DNA of 61,504 bases, counting the filler. It is 10 parts of 10 records of this genome, joined end to end, with 100 filler letters (N's around TTAATTAATTAA, not from the genome) between each part and the next. Parts side by side here need not be neighbours in the genome. Positions count along the whole stretch, not along the records: positions 21,696 to 25,350 come from SRR15195285_7325; positions 25,451 to 31,384 come from SRR15195285_7334; positions 31,485 to 36,459 come from SRR15195285_7346; 7 more parts are not named here. The stretch is one strand, 5' to 3'. Below are positions 21,774 through 32,834 of this stretch, piece after piece (positions within the stretch are counted from its first letter, which is position 1; every line of letters begins with the position of its first letter). The notes under the pieces were generated by a model that saw only the letters and a list, made by a program, of their open reading frames with translations, was not told the origin of the DNA and did no database searches. The position numbers and the translations under genes are program-made.

Positions 21774-23855
21774 ATGACGACTGCGGTGGACGGGCAGAGC
21801 GGTGCGGAGACGATGTTGGCTGACCGTGAGCTGCCGAGCTTGGGAGAGGTGCGGCAGAGGATCGTGGCTCTGGTGAGAGCTTTCGGTGATGCTGACGAGC
21901 GCGGTGGACTGCTGGTAACGGACGTCACGCCAGCTTACCGCACCCAGTATGGGGAGAGCTTGCAGTTCCGGCCGTTCGGCTACCTCAAGCTGTCGGGACT
22001 CCTGAGTGATATGGATGGTGTGGTGCTCGACTACGGCGGAGGACCGTCTGCGACACCGGTGGTCCGCCTGCAAGGCGAATCATTCAACCCTTCACCCGGA
22101 CTTGCCATTCATGTGAGCATCCCGCGAGGGGTACACGAGAAATCTCGACTCGAGCTCATGCGTTCCTTGGAACGCACCAGCTCTGGCGCTGGCTCCATGC
22201 ATCAACTGGCCCTGGTCCAAGGTGACGAGTTCGAGAACTGCTTGCCAGAGAACTTCGAACGTGTGCACGCTGGGGAGAGCTCGACTCAACGTGCATTTGC
22301 GTCCCACAGGCGCAAGCGCCTGGAACGCGAGGAGCAAGCGGCTCTCGAGCGAGAAGCGTACGCCAACAGCATTGTCGCGCGGGTACCGTCGCCACGTCAA
22401 CACCTCGCGGAGTTAAGCGGCGACGACAGCGACGACGACGACGATTGCAAAGCGGATGCCCAGCTCAGCTTGCGAGACGAAGTTGCGCTTTTGACGCAAG
22501 CTCCGCCCGAGCCTGCGGAGTTATCCACCAACGCTCTCACGTGGGGTTTCCTGCAACCGGTCAGGCTCGCGACCGGCGTGAAAGCGTCCGGCGCATGGGG
22601 AGTACTCCAGCGGCAGCACAGCACAAAAGATGTGCGTGCCGCGACTTCCGCGTCGCTGCAGCCCGGCACGCTATTGGGCAAAGGAACCAACACGTGCACC
22701 CTCGCCTCATGGGACGGCGAGGAACACTGCGCCGTTGGCGCGGCAGAGCTAGACCCAACTGGCGCAGCAGCGCTCATGTATTGGCAGGTGGTGATCAAAG
22801 GGAGGCCTGGTTCACTTGTGCTCGGCGTACTCCGCGCGCCATGTCCGGACAAGCAAGATTACGAAGCGCAGATGGCTCAGGAGCGAAGGCGCCTGCAGTT
22901 TGGAGCAGTTCCTCCTGCCAAAGCGGTGCACCTGTCCTACCGGACCGAAGCGCAGCACTGCGCTGATTTGCCCAACATGTGGCCAAGGGTGTGGTCATCG
23001 TATTGGTCAGTCAGTCATCTGCACGGACTAGAGTGGTCAGGGCAGTACCACCTTCACTTCACAGATACCCATCGCTATGCGGCGATGAGGCTGCAGAAAG
23101 CCTTCCGGCGGTATTCGCCGATCATAAAAGCAGCAAAAGCGACCAAGCAGGCGATCGATGCGGCGCGACCCGGCTGCCGGTACGACCCAAAGTTTTACGG
23201 CTGGGGCTCAAACGGTGGCGTATACGTGAGTGGAAAGCCCCCTGCACCAGCGGACGATGCGAGCAACGATACGGACGCGGCAGAGCATGCAGGTGCTGCT
23301 TCACTTCTACGTGGAAGCCGGACTCACCGCACGCCCTCCATGCGCAACACCAGAGGCCCGTGGAATGTGTCTCGAATCGCTGAGAACGAGATCGTCATCT
23401 TCAAATTAGAGAGGGGCAAGCTTTCGTTCCAAGTGCCTAGGACGGGCGCCTGTGGGAGCATGGCCTTGCCTTGGGAGGATCTGGACGGTGCAGCAAATGC
23501 AGAGGAGAGACGCAAAGAGTTGATTGCCCACCTCATGGCATCCAAACAAGGCGAGCATGATGCACAGCTGTCGAAGCTCGCAGACTACGAGATCTTCAAG
23601 CAAGACGGCAGTGGGAACTTGACCGACAAGCCCACATACAACGAGGAAATACGCCGCAGAAAAGCCAGGGACGAACTACAGGACCTCGCGGATGAGCTGC
23701 GCGGCATGGAGATTCGCCCGTTGATGCGAAGGGCAGTGGAAGCGGGGGCACCAAATGTCAATATGCCCGACGAATTCCGAGTCTGTTGTGATCTCACGTC
23801 TGAGTGTAGCGTTACACTTGAGCACATCCCGCCATTTGACCCCCGAGAGTTTTGA
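21774..23855 (+). CDS. LOTUS (OST-HTH) domain + interrupted SPRY-like domain + IQ motif protein
   Basis: LOTUS: GLLVTDVTPAYRTQYGESLQFRPFGYLKLSGLLSDM. SPRY-like strands YWQVVI..LVLGV, YGWGSNG, IVIFKLERGKLSF. IQ-like AAMRLQKAFRRY. The start is uncertain near the contig edge. Confidence 0.65.
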   Translation: MTTAVDGQSGAETMLADRELPSLGEVRQRIVALVRAFGDADERGGLLVTDVTPAYRTQYGESLQFRPFGYLKLSGLLSDMDGVVLDYGGGPSATPVVRLQGESFNPSPGLAIHVSIPRGVHEKSRLELMRSLERTSSGAGSMHQLALVQGDEFENCLPENFERVHAGESSTQRAFASHRRKRLEREEQAALEREAYANSIVARVPSPRQHLAELSGDDSDDDDDCKADAQLSLRDEVALLTQAPPEPAELSTNALTWGFLQPVRLATGVKASGAWGVLQRQHSTKDVRAATSASLQPGTLLGKGTNTCTLASWDGEEHCAVGAAELDPTGAAALMYWQVVIKGRPGSLVLGVLRAPCPDKQDYEAQMAQERRRLQFGAVPPAKAVHLSYRTEAQHCADLPNMWPRVWSSYWSVSHLHGLEWSGQYHLHFTDTHRYAAMRLQKAFRRYSPIIKAAKATKQAIDAARPGCRYDPKFYGWGSNGGVYVSGKPPAPADDASNDTDAAEHAGAASLLRGSRTHRTPSMRNTRGPWNVSRIAENEIVIFKLERGKLSFQVPRTGACGSMALPWEDLDGAANAEERRKELIAHLMASKQGEHDAQLSKLADYEIFKQDGSGNLTDKPTYNEEIRRRKARDELQDLADELRGMEIRPLMRRAVEAGAPNVNMPDEFRVCCDLTSECSVTLEHIPPFDPREF

Positions 23856-23880
23856 TTGCGGTTAATGGAGCAATTAGCTT

Positions 23881-25350
23881 TCACTTTGTCGTTATATTGA
23901 CCTGCACACGGCCGATCAGACCAGCTTCAACGAATGAGGTCGAACCGTTTTGTTCGTGTTTTTTTGGAGGAAATCCTTCGGTCTGCCACACAACGTCACG
24001 CGAGGGTTTTTAAAGCGGTTAGTTACAATTCCTGCTACGTGGGCAAGAGGCGTTGCACAAGCGAAGGCGGCGCAGTGCTGCAAACAAGATAAGGTGGCTG
24101 TCGGTCTCACCATAGAGTATGAGCCCGGCTCCAGCCCGTGCTCAATTTGCAGATAGTCGAAGGCGTCTTGCAGACTTCGCTCGCCCGCAAACTTTCGCTG
24201 GACTCGCTCTCCCGTCGGCAGCCGGAACGCCATCGCGCTCACGTTCGCGCTACCCTCTGCAGGCTCCGGCTGCAGCTCGACCGCAGCAATTGCTGGTGAA
24301 TCGACACGCGCCGGTCGATCAGATGATTCCTCGGTGCCTGAAGATCCTTCCAACGATGCTGCGATTGCCGCCGCCATCTCCTCATCCTCTGTCATTGCTC
24401 TGCCAGCAGCCTGGGCACCGGTAGCGGCCGCACCCGCCGATGCCTCCGCATCGGCTGGGATGCTTGGCGCAGCGGAGCCAGCACTGCCTACTAAGGGTGC
24501 AGTCCCGTGACTGCCACGCATCGCCATTTGCGCCTCAATCCGCTGTTTCTTCTGCCTTGTGGCAGTCTCCAGCTCCTCTGCGTTCACGGCCGCGCACCAG
24601 GTTAGCATTGGACTGTCGCACGGTTCGAGTGACTACTGGCTGGCCGGCCGGCAAACAAGATGCCGTACCGACGAACGCAGTGACGTGGTCAACAAGCAGG
24701 TCTGGCTCAATGAAGCCAGTCCACTCCTTCAGCTTCGTCTTCGTCTCAGCGTCCAGGATCATCACGACTGGTTTGGTCTGAACCTGGTAAAAGTTGACGA
24801 ACGTCTGGCCCTGCGGCGTCGACACGTACTGCTGCCAGAAGACAAAGTGCGTTTTGATAATGTCCTGCACTGTCGGCATGGCCCAAGTGTCGCGGTTCTG
24901 CACAGGTAGGCACAGAGTGCACTTAGCGCCTCGCAGCTGCACACGCGCGCAAAGCCAACTGGGGCTCGGCGGACCAGCATGTGTGAGGCAAACTCTTGTT
25001 CGTCCTGAATGTTGACCATCAGGAGCTTGCCTTCGCTTTCTGCCGCGACGCGCGCCTCTTCAAACCCGCCCTTGAACGTCAGCGCGTCCGGTGTCTTGAA
25101 CATTTCGCCCAAGCCCCCTTTGCCGCTATCACCCTTGCTCAGGTCACGGAACGGGTCCGCAACCGCGGTTTTCTTCAGCTGCGCGGACTGCATCCGCTGC
25201 ATCGCGGTCACCTGCGCCGGGTCGAACAGCTGGTCCTCGATGTGCTCGTCCGCCTTGCGGACCTCTGGCGACTCCACGGCCATCTCCGCCTGCGCCGCGG
25301 CGATGGCGGCGCGCGTCGCCTCGTCCATCCCATCACCGCCGGCTCCCCCC
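23881..25350 (-). CDS. UBXN7: UBX domain protein, UBXN7/PUX7 type (UAS + UIM + UBX), p97/CDC48 adaptor; 5' partial
   Basis: UAS: GGFEEARVAAESEGKLLMVNIQDEQEFASHMLNRDTW. UIM: TEDEEMAAAIAASLE. UBX: FRLPTGERVQRKF, with a spliced last exon TEGFPPKK..FVEAGL ending at TGA 23881-23883. Confidence 0.85.
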
Positions 25351-25450
25351 NNNNNNNNNNNNNNNNNNNNNNNNNNNNNNNNNNNNNNNNNNNNTTAATT
25401 AATTAANNNNNNNNNNNNNNNNNNNNNNNNNNNNNNNNNNNNNNNNNNNN
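25351..25450. other. Artificial contig spacer
   Basis: N44-TTAATTAATTAA-N44. Confidence 0.99.
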
Positions 25451-25735
25451 CTTCTTCGCTTCGGACTTGTCCGGAAAGATTTGAGGACCCGCATACTACA
25501 CAAATCTCATTCTCAATTTGTCGACCGTCACTAGGCGACGTGCGTCGCGACCCGCGCATACGCGTACGCACGCGGCGGCCGCACGCGCCACGCGGATCGG
25601 AGCATGCAGGGAGACTTGGAAGTTACCAATATCACATTTATTCATAGTACCGCGAGGGTACGCGGTGGGAGCTCTGGCGCGCGCCGGCTCCGCGCGGGCG
25701 CGGGGTACCGCCCGCCGTCCTTGGCCGCATCGTAG

Positions 25736-28700
25736 ATGGCGGTGTGGGTGCCGCATGACAGAGATGTGTGGGCGCTAGCGAACGAGCCTAGCCCGGGCAA
25801 ACCGAGCTACCCAACGAACCCCAAGTCGCAGGACGGGATGGCGGACAACACCGAGCTGATGTACCTCTCGGAGCCCACACTCCTCCACAACCTTGCCGTG
25901 CGCTACGCGAACGGTCAGATCTACACGTTCACCAGCAGCATCCTCATCGCGTTGAACCCATTCCGCGACGTCGAAGGCCTCTACGGGGAGGCGGTAATGG
26001 CCAAGTACAAAGGGCAGTCGCTGGGCTCAATGCCGCCGCACCCGTACGCACTGGCGGACCACGCCTGGCGCCTGATGAAGGCCACGGGGCAGTCGCAGTC
26101 GCTCGTGATCAGCGGTGAAAGTGGTGCAGGGAAGACTGAGACCGCCAAGGTGATGATGCGGTACTTAACCAACGTGGGAGGGGGCACCGCGTCCTCTATG
26201 CATGGCGCAACGTCGCTGACCGACTGCATTTTGCAGTCCAACCCTGTCCTCGAGGCCTTCGGCAACGCGAAGACATCGCGGAACAACAACAGCTCGCGCT
26301 TTGGCAAGTACCTGGAGATCCAGTTCGACGGGGCCTGCGCGGCCGTTGCCGGCAAGGTCGAGTCGTACCTGCTCGAAAAGTCCCGCATCGTCAGCCATGC
26401 AGAGGGCGAGCGTGGCTACCATGTTTTCTACCAGCTGCTCGCGGGCGCATCGCCGGAGATGCGGAATAGGCTGCAGCTCAGCGCCGCCGCGGACTTTCAC
26501 TACACATCGCAGAGCAGCACGATGGCAATTATCGGGGTGGGCGACGCTGCGGAGTACCTCGAGCTATGTGCAGCGGCGGGGCGCTGCGGGTTCCGGGCGC
26601 TAGAGATGGACCACCTGCAGCAGCTGCTGGCCGCGATTCTGCACCTCGGCAATATACACTTTGAGGTAGACAGCCAAGATATGGCATGCGTGGCGGCGGA
26701 CGCCGGCGCAGCAGTGGCCACCGCTGCTGTGCTACTGGGTGTCGATGCGGCCGCTCTCACCCAAGGGCTAACGACGAAGACAATTCAGACGCGTGGCGAG
26801 GTTTTCAATAGCCCACTAAGTGTCCAAGATTCTGTCTATAGCCGCGATGCACTTGCGAAGGCGGCCTACAGCCGGCTCTTCGACTGGCTGGTGACACGAA
26901 TTGACGAGAATCTTCAAATTGGGATGAAGGATCAGGTGCAGCAGATGATCGGTGTGCTTGACATTTACGGGTTTGAATTCTTCGAGATAAACTCATTCGA
27001 GCAGCTGTGCATAAACTACGCTAACGAGAAGCTGCAGCAGCTTTTCAACAGGCAGGTATTCGCGGTTGAGCAAGCACTGTATCGCGAAGAAGGGCTGAAA
27101 GTCGACGACGTACAGTATGCCGACAACACAGTTGTCATTGATGCAATTGAGCAGAAGCAGAGCGGCATTTTCAGCATCCTCGATGAAGTCTGTCGGATGC
27201 CACGCACGACGGATCGTACGTTCGGTGGGGCGGTCCACGAAAAGAATCCACGTAATCCAGCTTTAGCCCGCGCTAAGTCGGTTCGGCGGGGCAAGAGGAG
27301 CACGCCTGCTGCACGTTCGTTCGGTCTGGATGAAGCATTCGTTGTGAAGCACTTTGCTGGAGACGTGACCTACTGTACGGACAACTTCCTAGACAAAAAC
27401 ATGGACCCACTTGACCAAGGCCTGGAACAGATGGTACGGACCAGCGCGCTTCCGCTACTGCAGACACTGTTTGCGACAGCGGTATCCACATCTTCAAGCA
27501 GCTCACCTGGTCGTACGAAGAAGAAGTCAACGGTTGCCGGTCGGTTTCGCAAACAGCTAGCTGTGCTGGTTGATACCTTAACTTCGACAACAAGCCACTT
27601 CGTTCGATGTCTGAAACCCAACAACGACAAAATCCCTGCACACATTGATCGACCGAAGCTAGTCGATCAGATGCGCTGCAGTGGTATGATGGATGCGCTG
27701 AAACTCATGCATGATGGGTATCCATCTCGGTGCGCGTTTGATGAGCTCCGGTCACGATACATCAGCGTTTTGCCGGCTGAGCTTTCTGACATGCCACCTG
27801 CGCAATTTGTGAGCTGCTTGTTAAGTGCCGTGGGTGTGGAAGACAGCCAGTTCCAGTGCGGGCATTCAAAAGTGTTCTTTCGTGCCGGTCAATTCGCTGT
27901 ATTGGATCAGCTCACACAGGACGAGACTCGGATCAAGGATGTTGGTGAGCAGGTCAAGACTTGGATGATTGCAAAAAAAGTCCGGCGACTCGTTGGGATT
28001 GTGGCGACACATTGTTTATTCAAGCGCGCTATAGCAGACCGTGCCCGTCGACTAGCTGCATTAGCTTCGATCAGTCGGACCGGTGGAATTGCACATGCGA
28101 TTTCGAATACAATCATCCCGCTGGAGCATCGGGCGAGGCAGCACCTGGCTACTGTACGAATACAGACTGCGTTTCGAGGATACAGTGCACGCACCAAGTA
28201 CCATCTAATGCGTAAGGGGTTGTTAATCTGGAGCCACGTCCGTCAAATGCACATGGTGGCAGCGAAGTCACGAGGAATCATGGCAGAGGTCAGAAAGCGT
28301 CGCTTGGCAGAGGAGGCACTGCATAGCCGCGGAAATCTCTTGTGGACAGAAGGACGAAATGTCGCTGCGCTCATAAAGTTGCGCCGAGTGGCTGCAGACA
28401 AGGCTGAAGACCGACGTCAAGAGCAGATGCGTTTGGAGAGAGCCAGGCAAATCGCGGAGTCCAAGGCAGCCGCCGCCGCAGCAGCCGAATTGGCCCATGA
28501 AGAAGAGCTGAAGCTTGAACAACAACGGCTGCACGAAGAACATCAGGCTGCCCACAGAGCCCTGAAATTGCGGCGACGTTCACATGCACACTGGGAACAA
28601 ATACGAACCATTAAGACCCTGTTGCACTTGCAGACTCTAGCCAAGGAACAGGCCGACGGACCTCCGGCTGTACCAGACTACCTCCCACCGCCCACGAAAC

Positions 28701-31384
28701 AGCAAGATGTAGAAGAAGTGTTTCAAAAAGTTCAGCAAGTGCAGCCGCCGACTTCTCCACGATTGGCAGACCCAAGCCCACCGTTACCCAAAACGCGCCA
28801 GCCTTCCCCGGTGCCTGCACGACACAGGGCTCACACAATACTGCCATCGAGGAAGACGCTGCAATCTGAAGAAGAGCTTGAAGCACTGGCACAAGCACAG
28901 GCTAGAATTACGCGTGCCCGCGAGCTTCGAGAGCAAGCGGAGCGGGAAGCAGAGGCTGCACGCCAGGAAGAGCTGGAGGCAGCCAAACGCGCGGAACGCA
29001 TACGACTTATTGAACAAGCAGCGGCTGAGGCTGAGGAAGAAGAGCAGCGCGCCCTCGCAGAGGCACAAATGCAAAAGAAGCACGCTGTACGAGCTACAGA
29101 GCTTCACGAATTGGAGATACAAAGGAAGAAAACAGCCATAGAACGTGAAAAGCGGATCAAGGAACTGCGTGATGCTGCTGCCCAAGTGGAAGCAGAAGAA
29201 CAGGCCGCAAGTGAGCGAGCGGCAGCCGCGATTGAGCAACAATTGGTGCAGCACGACGAAGCAGAGCGAAAATTGGCGATTGAGACAGAAGAACGAGTTG
29301 CCAAGCCACGGCAGGCCCAACAACAAGCCGAGCAGGAACAGTTGGTTGCTCGTAAAACGGCTGAGCACCAGCAGCACATGGATGAGGCTACAACCGCAGT
29401 ACAACGAGAAGAAGAACAAATTCGGCGCTGTACCCTCCAAGCAAAGGCCAAATATAGCTCGGGAACTGAAGACTGGGAGCAGGTGGAGAGACGCTTACTA
29501 AAGACGTACGTCTGGCGTTTGCCAACACAGGACGAGCTCAACCACTCGAATGAAGAGCTGATTGGAGAGACCATCTTGGTCAAGGGCTATGGTGTCGGTA
29601 CTGTACGTGACTTTCAGAAATCGATCGGCTGGGGTTTTCATTCGTCTCATGTCATAGACTTCTCTCCATTGACATTTGGTTTTGCTAAGAAAAGCGAGCA
29701 CAGCGTAATGCTAAAGCGGAAACAAAACAACGATACCCCATGGCTAAGACAGTGGAAAGACGAGGAAGAGGCACAGCAGACCAAGCACAGAGATCAGGTT
29801 GTACTGCAAAAACGGGGTCATCAACTATGGCAAAACACCAAAACATTTGGTACGACACTGGCCATTCGCAGAGATGCTGCACTTCATCGCACAGCTATGG
29901 CTGTACAGCAAGAAGCTGCGCTGCACAGGCAGGCAAAAAATGAAGCATTGGCTGCAGAGAGCGCACATGAACAAGAGCATGCAGCCATGCAGGAGGAACA
30001 CGCAGAAGTCCAGCGAAAAATGGACGTTCTGCGCAGTGGTGGGGTGCTTTCAGACGACTCGGACGATGAACTCGAGCTCGGTCTCGAAGATGATGACGTT
30101 GCGTTGCCATTGCGGATTGCGACACACATGCACGTGTTGGCCAGACGAGAGCAACGACGTGTTGCTCAGCGAGTTGAGGAAGCACGGGTCTCAACACACG
30201 TCCTTGATGAACCGTCTGGCACAGAAGCGGATAGTAGTAGCAGCAGCAGTTACGGTGATGACGCTGAAACTTCCACTGATGATGATGACGATGACTACTG
30301 TCCTCCCTTACCAGTGATAGACCAAGACGACGAAGGCGACGATGTCCCACCTGCTATCACATCTGCACTTGTCGAGAAAAGAAAGCATCCGAACCACGCC
30401 TTGATGCACCAGTCAGAGCAGTCAGATGAGAAGCTTGTACATGCAAAGACTAGCCAATCTCCCACGACTTCTCCAAAGCCGACCAACGGGCGCAATCGTA
30501 GATTGCAGGAGGTCGAGGCACTGACTGCAAAGGCTGATTTCTTGATCAGCAGCGGCGATTTTGATGCAGCAGAGCGAGTATTGGCCAGGGCAGAACGGTC
30601 TGAGGTTAAAGCTGGGCTCCTGGACGGCATTTCGTAAGCGTGCCAGCACTGCTAGTTGCGGTCACTCTGCATCTCGCTCGCGCACTGCAAGCCGCACGTC
30701 TCTCACCACACCGTAAGCCATGTCGCCGTACCACTCCAACGTGCGTGACGCCAGGACGATTGCTTGCTGTGGGTCGCTTACTCGATGGCAACACGTTGTT
30801 TTTCAGGGACCCCCGGACCGACGACAATTCAAGTCCTCGAAGCTCGCAAGGCACCCGACACAGTAGCATCTTCAACGTGCTCCGCAGGTCAGCATCAAAA
30901 CGCGCTTCAAGATCGCCGTCATTTGCCACACATGGCCGTAGGTCCTCGTTCGCGAAGGTCATCTCTACCCCTGAATTGGATCCGCGCTATGCAATGCTAG
31001 ACAAGCTGACGCTCGACCGTGACGATCTCGAGTATGTGGCTCTTGTCTGAGATGTAGCAACTGCCACGCTGCCAACCTCACAGCTGATCATGCGTGTTGC
31101 TGTGTACAGATTTTCGATCGATATCGACGACGTACCTACAGACTCTGGCAGTAGAGTTCACCGCCAGCGGCGAGAAGTCGCGGGTAAGCTCAACGAGATA
31201 CGTAGGTTCAAGTCGGCTCCGTCAACATTGCAGTCGAAGCTAGAGACGATGATGACAAGCACCGGCAGCGACGACGAAGACCACGGCGACATGCCGCCGG
31301 TCCCTATTGCAGATAGCGATAGTGACGACCAGAACAGCAGTGGCGATGAGAGGTCAAACAGCAGCAGCAGCAGCAGCAGCAGCA
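25736..31384 (+). CDS. Unconventional myosin, class VI-like head, IQ motif and long E/R/K/A-rich helical tail; 3' partial
   Basis: P-loop GESGAGKT, NNNSSRFGK, DIYGFE, FEQLCINYANEKLQQ, FVRCLKPN, IQTAFRGY. The apparent stop at 30637 lies in an intron: 30634-30806 and 31032-31109 splice in frame to the contig end. Confidence 0.95.
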
Positions 31385-31484
31385 NNNNNNNNNNNNNNNN
31401 NNNNNNNNNNNNNNNNNNNNNNNNNNNNTTAATTAATTAANNNNNNNNNNNNNNNNNNNNNNNNNNNNNNNNNNNNNNNNNNNN
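31385..31484. other. Artificial contig spacer
   Basis: N44-TTAATTAATTAA-N44. Confidence 0.99.
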
Positions 31485-31641
31485 GCGTTGAACGGAAGTG
31501 TCGACAGTTGGAGTACTCCACTAGTGCATGCTGCAGCTGGAGCGGTGTGACGACGCCCCGCCGGGCCCCGGCGCCGGGCGGCCGCGCGGCGCGATATCCG
31601 AGGCTGACCAGGACCCTGGGGAAGGGGGGCAGCTGCTGGCC

Positions 31642-32693
31642 ATGAAGGTGCTCGTCTGTGGCGCAGCCGGCTGGCTTGGCCGTGCCATCACCGACGAGCT
31701 GATCGAGTCTGGGTTTGAGGTCCGGGCGTTCGATCGGGACATCTCCCAGTGGACAAAATGGGACGGTATACCGTCGGCTGGAATGAACGGGCGGCTGTCG
31801 GAACAGGACAGTCCAAACATCAAAGGGTATGTCAACGGACAGCATGTTGGCAACGCCTCCGTCCAACGCGCAATCATCGGGCATGGGGGAAAGATGGAGA
31901 TGTGCTACGGGGATATTACGGACTACGACACGGTGGCCCAGCTCGTCGATGGCGTGAACGCCATCGTCCACGCGACGGCCTACTTCCCGTCAGAGAGCGA
32001 CGACGACATGGCGTGGCGGGTGAACTGTGGTGGGCTGTGGAATGTGCTCGACTGTGCTCGAAATTCCGGGCAGATCAAACGCGTTGTCCACATTGGGTCG
32101 TGCCAAACCCGGTGGCCCGGAAGCACGCAAGATCCTGGTAAGAACACCTGTACAATTTCACTTGTTCTGCTGTGCGCTTCAGTGAGCTTAGCTCAAACTG
32201 GCTGACGAAATGTTTTTCGGCCATTGGTGCAGAACCAGGCTCGGTCTTCTTCGATGGCTCTGTGCGTCGGCCAGATAGTTCGCTGTACGCGGCGACGAAG
32301 CGACTGCAGGAGGAGATGTGCAGGCAGTTTTATGATGACGTAGGGTTACCTATCGTCGTCTTCCGACCCGATGGCATTATTGACCTTCGTCATGGTAGGC
32401 AGCGTGATGGTGCCGGGGCCAGCCGAAAGACAGCTCCGCTGCTGGAGAGGCCTCGAGTTGGCAGCGTGTGCCGGTTTGACATTGCGAACGCGTGCCGTGC
32501 TGCTATTTTGCTTGAGGATGGCGAGGCAGATTTTGAGATTCTACATGTAGCGACGGATGATGTCTCGCTTCCACCAGCAGAGCGTGCGTCGGCCTTCTGC
32601 AATGTTGGACGCCTGCAGACACTGCTAGGAGTGTCTTTCGAGCACGATCTGAGCCACTTCGAAGGCGGGCAGTCAGCTGGAGCACGACTGTGA
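31642..32693 (+). CDS. NAD-dependent epimerase/dehydratase (extended SDR), 2 exons
   Basis: MKVLVCGAAGWLG Rossmann motif, GDITD, YAATK (YxxxK), IVVFRP. Intron 32138-32232. Confidence 0.9.
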
Positions 32694-32834
32694 GGTTTGC
32701 TCTGCAAGAATGAAGAAACGCGAACCGAGCGCCAGGACACGCTGATTGCACACAGATGACTACGCTAAACGATGATTTTGTTTAATCTCATCACACACGA
32801 GGCCATTTCGTAGGTAGGTAGGTGGCTATGCCAG

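Noticed and set aside
30635-31384. Separate small genes after a myosin stop at 30637
   Set aside because: The stop lies in a GTAAGC intron, and both downstream ORFs splice in frame as further myosin tail exons.
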